From an uncultured Gammaproteobacteria bacterium (GTDB taxonomy: Bacteria; Patescibacteriota; Microgenomatia; Daviesbacterales; UBA10151): a stretch of 64,000 nucleotides of DNA. The stretch's first letter is position 1, and every line of letters begins with the position of its first letter. Below are positions 59,073-64,000 of this stretch, one piece after another. The notes below the pieces were generated by a model. That model saw only the letters and a list, made by a program, of their open reading frames with translations, searched no databases and had not been told where the DNA came from. The position numbers were made by a program, and so were the translations under genes. The DNA lies in contig CAZDFU010000001.1 in NCBI GenBank assembly GCA_964504985.1, positions 21,752 through 85,751 of the forward strand, in the 5' to 3' direction.

Positions 59073-60883
59073 ATGGACAGATACTGGTTATTATCTTTGT
59101 GGCTTTGGGAGTGGTGTTATTTTCTGTACTATCAATTGTGGCAGGAGCACAGATTTATTTTCAGAATGCCCAGCATTCTATTGAAGCTGAAAAAGCAGTG
59201 GCTTTGGCTGAGGCTGCTTTGGATAAAGCCATAACCTCTTTAAATAAAACAGGAGGAAGTTATGATGGTGAGGAAGATATTGCTCTAGGTGAAGGCACAT
59301 ATTCTATTAACATTACCTCCCCTAACGCTGCCACTAAATTGATTGAAGCTACGGGTTTTATACCGGATAAAGATAATGCCAAAGTTAAAAGAACCATCAA
59401 AATTACTGCTTCAAGAGGCACAGGAGTGTCTTTTGTTTATGGGATGCAAGTTGGGGAAGGAGGGTTGGAGCTTGGGAATGGGAATTTAGTTAAGGGGTCA
59501 ATTTATTCTAATGGAAATATTGAGATGGGTGAAAATAATACTATTACAGGAGATGCCTGGGTGGCAGCAGGGGTTCCCCCAACAGCCAATCAGCAAACAG
59601 ATTGTCAAACATGTTCGGATTTCCATTTTGGGAAAAGTATTGAAGGGCAAAGCAGATTGGATATTACCCAAAGTTTCAAGCCTTCTGTTTCTGATAAAAT
59701 TAGAAAGATTTCCCTTAAGGTTAAAAAAATAGGCCCAGGTCCTCATTCAGATCTTAGTGTCAGGATAATAAAAGATAATGGCGGAAAGCCTGGAAAAAAT
59801 CCCAGTGATATTTTAGCAACAGGTACGCTAAGTAATATGCTTGTTACACAAGAGTATGGTTTTATAGATGTGACTTTTTCCAGCAACCCTGCCTTATCAG
59901 CAGAAGAAACTTACTGGATAATGGTAGATACTTCATCTAACGTGGTAAATTATTGGTCCTGGCAAAACGATAGTGCAGCAAGTTACAACCGGGGGCAACC
60001 CAAATGGTCTCCTGATTGGAGCGCCGGCAATCCTGTCTGGAATGATTTAACAGGAGGCCCTAACTTAAACGAGCTGAGTTTTAAAGTCTATATGGGCGGG
60101 ACTACAACTTCCCTTTCAGGAGGAAATAATACTACAGTTTTAGGTGATGTGCATGCAAACACAGTAGATGGGCTTATAGTAGGAAAAGATGCTTATTATC
60201 AGGCTATAACTGATTCAACTGTCAGCGGTAGTTCTTGCCCTAACGTGCATTGCCATCCAGGGTCTGAGGATCCCCCGCCTCAAAACTTTCCTATTTCTGA
60301 GGCAAATATAGCTGGATGGAAAACTGATGCAGAGGATTCAGGTTCTCTTTCCCAGCCAACTTGCGGCTCAGAGGCAGCCTGGGGACCTGGTAAATATACA
60401 GGAAACCTTACGCTGGGTAACTCATGTGTTATTAAAGTTAAAACCCCTATCTGGATAACAGGGGATCTAACCATGGGAAATGAGAATAGATTTATTCTTG
60501 ATTCTTCTTTTGGAACCTCCTCAGGTGTAATAATCCTAGGGACTAGTGGAACCAGCGGAAAAGCTACCATGGGTAACCAGAATAAACTAATTGGTACAGG
60601 AGAAGAAAATAGCATCTTAGTGCTTCTTTCAACTTATGATTCCAGAACGAATGATGAGAAAGCCATTAGTATGGGGAATATAGGCAACAGCGGGGTCTTT
60701 TATGCTGATAAAGGCATAATTGATCCTGGTAATAGAAATAATTTTAAAGAGATAACTGCCTGGAAAATAAAATTAACCAATGAATCTACTATAGATTATG
60801 AAACAGGCTTGGCTTCTATCCTTTTTTCTTCAGGACCCTCAGGATCTTATTCTTTGGTTAAAGGAACATACCAGGTTAAATAA
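59036..60883 (+). CDS. Large PilX-like tip pilin/adhesin, set 2
   Basis: G|QILVII lacking Glu5, AVALAEAALD, large Gly/Asn-rich beta-type C-terminal region with ITQSF...YWI module. Confidence 0.8.
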   Translation: MSKYKNKKTNNQNGQILVIIFVALGVVLFSVLSIVAGAQIYFQNAQHSIEAEKAVALAEAALDKAITSLNKTGGSYDGEEDIALGEGTYSINITSPNAATKLIEATGFIPDKDNAKVKRTIKITASRGTGVSFVYGMQVGEGGLELGNGNLVKGSIYSNGNIEMGENNTITGDAWVAAGVPPTANQQTDCQTCSDFHFGKSIEGQSRLDITQSFKPSVSDKIRKISLKVKKIGPGPHSDLSVRIIKDNGGKPGKNPSDILATGTLSNMLVTQEYGFIDVTFSSNPALSAEETYWIMVDTSSNVVNYWSWQNDSAASYNRGQPKWSPDWSAGNPVWNDLTGGPNLNELSFKVYMGGTTTSLSGGNNTTVLGDVHANTVDGLIVGKDAYYQAITDSTVSGSSCPNVHCHPGSEDPPPQNFPISEANIAGWKTDAEDSGSLSQPTCGSEAAWGPGKYTGNLTLGNSCVIKVKTPIWITGDLTMGNENRFILDSSFGTSSGVIILGTSGTSGKATMGNQNKLIGTGEENSILVLLSTYDSRTNDEKAISMGNIGNSGVFYADKGIIDPGNRNNFKEITAWKIKLTNESTIDYETGLASILFSSGPSGSYSLVKGTYQVK

Positions 60884-60945
60884 AACCCGGATAACTTGTT
60901 ACTTGTCATGGGTTACAAGTTACCTGTAAAATGTAATTACTGCCT

Positions 60946-61983
60946 ATGGGAAAAATTTCCGTTGGTTTAGACATTGGTTTTTCATCAATTAAAGTTGTTG
61001 CCCTGTCAAAAGAAGATAAGGCTTTTAAGTTAATCTCCCTTGGCTCTGTAGCCACCCCTCAACCAGGTATGTTATCAGATGCAGATTCTGATTTAGAAAC
61101 TGTGGCTGTTGCTATTAGAAACCTTCTGGCTGCTACTCACCTTGAAGGTAAGGAGGTAATTACAGCTTTGCCTGAATCAAAAGTTTTTACAAGGGTTATT
61201 GATGATTTGCCTTATCTAACTGACAATGAACTTTCATCTGCCATCCGTTATGCAGCTGAGGAGTTTATCCCCATGCCTTTAGCAGATGTTAATTTAAATT
61301 GGCAGGTGCTGGCCCGGTCTGAGGAGAAAGGCAAACAAACAAAGACCATAGTTTTGGTGGTAGCCTCACCCAGAAATATAGTAGCAAAATATATTAAAAT
61401 TTTGGAATTGGCAGGGATTAAGCCAAAGGCTTTGGAAACTGAGATTATTGCTGTGACCAGGTCTTTGGTGGGAAATAACCCCTTCTCCCCTTCTACTTTA
61501 ATTGTGCATCTTGGTGCAACAACCACAGACTTTGCTGCAGTCTCCAAAGGATTGATCTGGTTAACACGTTCAATTTCATCTGGCGGTACCGCTTTAACAA
61601 GAGCTTTAGCCCAGCACTTTAATTTTGAAACCAGCCAGGCTGAGGAATATAAAAAGGTTTATGGGATGCTGGAAGATCAACTTGAAGGAAAGGTTTTTGA
61701 GGTTTTAAAGCCTGTTGAGGATATTATTGTTTCCGAGTCAAAAAGAGTGATACAAGCCTTTGAAGCAAAGTACTCTCAAAACTCCATCAAAAGAGTAGTG
61801 CTTTCCGGAGGCGGAGCAAAAATGCCGGGGGCAGTTTTATATTTTGCCAATAATTTAGGTCTTGAGGTTCAGGAAGCTGATCCCTGGTATTCAATAATTA
61901 AGGAAAAGTCTCTTTTGCCCAAATTGTCACAGGAGGCAACATTTTATTCTGTGGCGGTTGGGCTTGCATTAAGGGAGGATTAA
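60946..61983 (+). CDS. pilM: Type IV pilus assembly protein PilM
   Basis: VGLDIGFSSIK, HLGATTT, LSGGGA, VAVGLALR (actin-like fold). Confidence 0.94.
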   Translation: MGKISVGLDIGFSSIKVVALSKEDKAFKLISLGSVATPQPGMLSDADSDLETVAVAIRNLLAATHLEGKEVITALPESKVFTRVIDDLPYLTDNELSSAIRYAAEEFIPMPLADVNLNWQVLARSEEKGKQTKTIVLVVASPRNIVAKYIKILELAGIKPKALETEIIAVTRSLVGNNPFSPSTLIVHLGATTTDFAAVSKGLIWLTRSISSGGTALTRALAQHFNFETSQAEEYKKVYGMLEDQLEGKVFEVLKPVEDIIVSESKRVIQAFEAKYSQNSIKRVVLSGGGAKMPGAVLYFANNLGLEVQEADPWYSIIKEKSLLPKLSQEATFYSVAVGLALRED

Positions 61984-61984
61984 A

Positions 61985-62527
61985 ATGAAGATTGCTATAG
62001 ATTTACTTCCACAGGAATTTAGGATTGAGGAGATAAAAAGGGCAAGGTTTTATAAAATTCAAGCTGTTGGAGTGGTGGTTATAATCCTGGTGGTTTTTTT
62101 GACATCTATAACAATATCGCTCCGGTTCCTGCAAAGTCAAAATATAACTGCGGTTCAAACTAAACTGAGTGGAGTTGAAAAAAGAGTTCAGGAACTAAAT
62201 AACATTCAAGCCTCCCTGCTTTTATTAAAAGATAGATTAAAGGTTATAAATAAATATTTGGAGACTCCCTCAGAAGAGGTTCAAGCCTACCAATTAATAT
62301 CTCAACTGGTGCCTCCCTCTGTTTCTATCAATTCGGTTTCTATTGATAGGGGGAAAGAAATCTTTGTTTTGGCAACAGCTGCAAATGCAACCGCATTAGA
62401 TGAATTAACTGGCAGATTGATTTCCGGGAAAACCAGCCAGGATAAAGTTAAACAGGTTAGTATTGAGAGTTTATCGCGGAGTAAAGATGAATCTATCAGA
62501 TTGAATTTTAAAGTCAAGCTAAAATAA
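61985..62527 (+). CDS. pilN: PilN-like protein
   Basis: N-terminal IDLLP motif, TM, coiled coil; follows pilM. Confidence 0.82.
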   Translation: MKIAIDLLPQEFRIEEIKRARFYKIQAVGVVVIILVVFLTSITISLRFLQSQNITAVQTKLSGVEKRVQELNNIQASLLLLKDRLKVINKYLETPSEEVQAYQLISQLVPPSVSINSVSIDRGKEIFVLATAANATALDELTGRLISGKTSQDKVKQVSIESLSRSKDESIRLNFKVKLK

Positions 62528-62531
62528 ACCA

Positions 62532-63230
62532 ATGAAAAAAGAAGATATACTTAGATTTTATGGGAAATATAAATTATATATTTTTCCTGCAGTTGTAGGT
62601 TTGGTTTCCCTTTCCCTGGCGTTGCTTGTAATTTATCCTCAGACAGTTAAACTTTTAGTCAACCAACAAAAGATGGGTGAAATTAGCCAGAAAGCAAAAT
62701 TTTTGGAGGCTAAGGCTGATAAACTCGGAGAATATAACCCGGATGATTTAAAACTTAAAGTAGATTATGCAATGATTTCTTATCCTGCTGATAAAGATTT
62801 TGTAAGCACAATGAGTTTGCTTCAGAATATAATTGCACAATCAGGGTTCAGCATTGCCTCTTTGTCTTTGGGGTCTATTAGTGCAGCTAATGAGAAAGCA
62901 TCAAGTTATGGATTTGAGGTAGATGTGTTAGGCTCAGGGTCAAAACTTATTGATTTGCTTGCTAATATAGAAAATTCATACCGGTTGATGCGCGTAACTA
63001 AGGTGGAGACTAGTTTTGAACGCGACTCACAAATAGCAGCCTCTCTAAGCATAGAAGTTTTATATTCAGCTCCTCCCAGTAGTTTTGGCAGTGTTGACTC
63101 TCCTCTTGCAGAGTTATCTGAAAAAGAAGAAGAGGCCTTATCAAAACTGGCAACAGTAAGTAATATTATTTTAGAAGAACAGGAAATGTTTAAACAATCT
63201 CCAAGGGGAAAGCCTAACCCATTTGAATAA
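62532..63230 (+). CDS. pilO: PilO-like protein
   Basis: TM, coiled coil, IENSYRL, terminal GKPNPF; follows pilN. Confidence 0.75.
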   Translation: MKKEDILRFYGKYKLYIFPAVVGLVSLSLALLVIYPQTVKLLVNQQKMGEISQKAKFLEAKADKLGEYNPDDLKLKVDYAMISYPADKDFVSTMSLLQNIIAQSGFSIASLSLGSISAANEKASSYGFEVDVLGSGSKLIDLLANIENSYRLMRVTKVETSFERDSQIAASLSIEVLYSAPPSSFGSVDSPLAELSEKEEEALSKLATVSNIILEEQEMFKQSPRGKPNPFE

Positions 63231-63235
63231 AATTG

Positions 63236-63970
63236 TTATTTAAGCATGTCTGGTCTTACCTTTTTAGTCTTTTCCAGGGATTTAAGGTTACGCCACTTTT
63301 TTATTTCAGCATGGTTGCCGGAAAGCAGTACTTCCGGAACTTTTTGCCCTTTAAATTCTACAGGACGGGTGTAATGAGGATATTCTAAAAGCTGTTGGCC
63401 GTTGTCAGTTAATTGTCTGCTGAAGGATTCCTCCTGGATGGCTTCATCTTTTTCTAAGACTTTGGGGATTAGTCTGGTAATTGAGTCAACAATAACCATA
63501 GCAGGTATTTCTCCTCCTGTTAAGACATAATCTCCTATAGAAATTTCTTCTGTAATATATTTATCAATAAACCTCTGGTCAACCCCTTCATAATGACCGC
63601 AAACAATAATGAGGTGGTCTAACTTAGAAAATTCTTGAGCTTTGGATTGTTTATACAAAGTCCCGGAAGCAGACATCAGGATAGTTGAGACTTGATATTT
63701 GGCAGTTGGCCCGTCTTGTCCGCTTCGCGGAGCGGGTAGTTTGGAAAGAACGGATTCCAGGGCTTGAGCCAGGATATCTGCCCTAAGTATCATCCCTGCT
63801 CCCCCGCCATATGGACGGCCATCCACTACCTGGTGTTTTCCTTCCCCAAAATTTCTAAGGTTTATAAGCTCAAAGGTGACCTTCCCTTTTGCCTGGGCTC
63901 TTTTTAGGATTGATGAATTTAGTATTGGTTCAAAGACTTGTGGGAAAAGAGTGATAATGGAAATGGTCAT
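63236..63970 (-). CDS. trmD: tRNA (guanine-N1)-methyltransferase
   Basis: ITLFP, PYGGGAGM, CGHYEGVDQR, SIGDYVLTGGE, LEYPHYTRP, VPEVLLSGNH; two repeat-derived insertions. Confidence 0.97.
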   Translation of the reverse strand: MTISIITLFPQVFEPILNSSILKRAQAKGKVTFELINLRNFGEGKHQVVDGRPYGGGAGMILRADILAQALESVLSKLPAPRSGQDGPTAKYQVSTILMSASGTLYKQSKAQEFSKLDHLIIVCGHYEGVDQRFIDKYITEEISIGDYVLTGGEIPAMVIVDSITRLIPKVLEKDEAIQEESFSRQLTDNGQQLLEYPHYTRPVEFKGQKVPEVLLSGNHAEIKKWRNLKSLEKTKKVRPDMLK

Positions 63971-64000
63971 GGTAAGAGGTAACTAGTCCAGTAAAGGTAA

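Overview
A 64-kb chromosomal segment from an AT-rich, gene-dense bacterium using the standard code (TGA = stop). Gene content and order suggest a Patescibacteria/CPR organism, most likely Microgenomates; this is an inference. Left arm: a T-box-controlled hisG-hisI-hisS operon, dnaB, tRNA-Leu(CAA), an M1 aminopeptidase, efp, galU, lgt, a methyltransferase + membrane histidine kinase + response regulator cassette, tgt, yebC and ruvC. Centre: a ~900-bp non-coding region with a symmetric dif-like site next to a single Xer recombinase. Housekeeping genes switch strand here, so it is a probable replication terminus, and it also holds two candidate structured RNAs. Right arm: an amidase/holin-like module, gyrA and gyrB each carrying an intein and separated by a peptidoglycan cluster, holB, a 15.7-kb type IV pilus locus with two apparent tip-pilin sets and no secretin, and trmD. 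The most striking unexplained pattern runs across the whole window: many tiny parasitic-looking elements. These are a (C/A)ACCT-N3-AGGT palindrome family, several other short hairpin families, and 7-nt-period arrays that often occur as inverted pairs. They sit in intergenic spacers and also inside intact essential genes and prepilin leader peptides, and no cognate mobiliser is encoded in the window.
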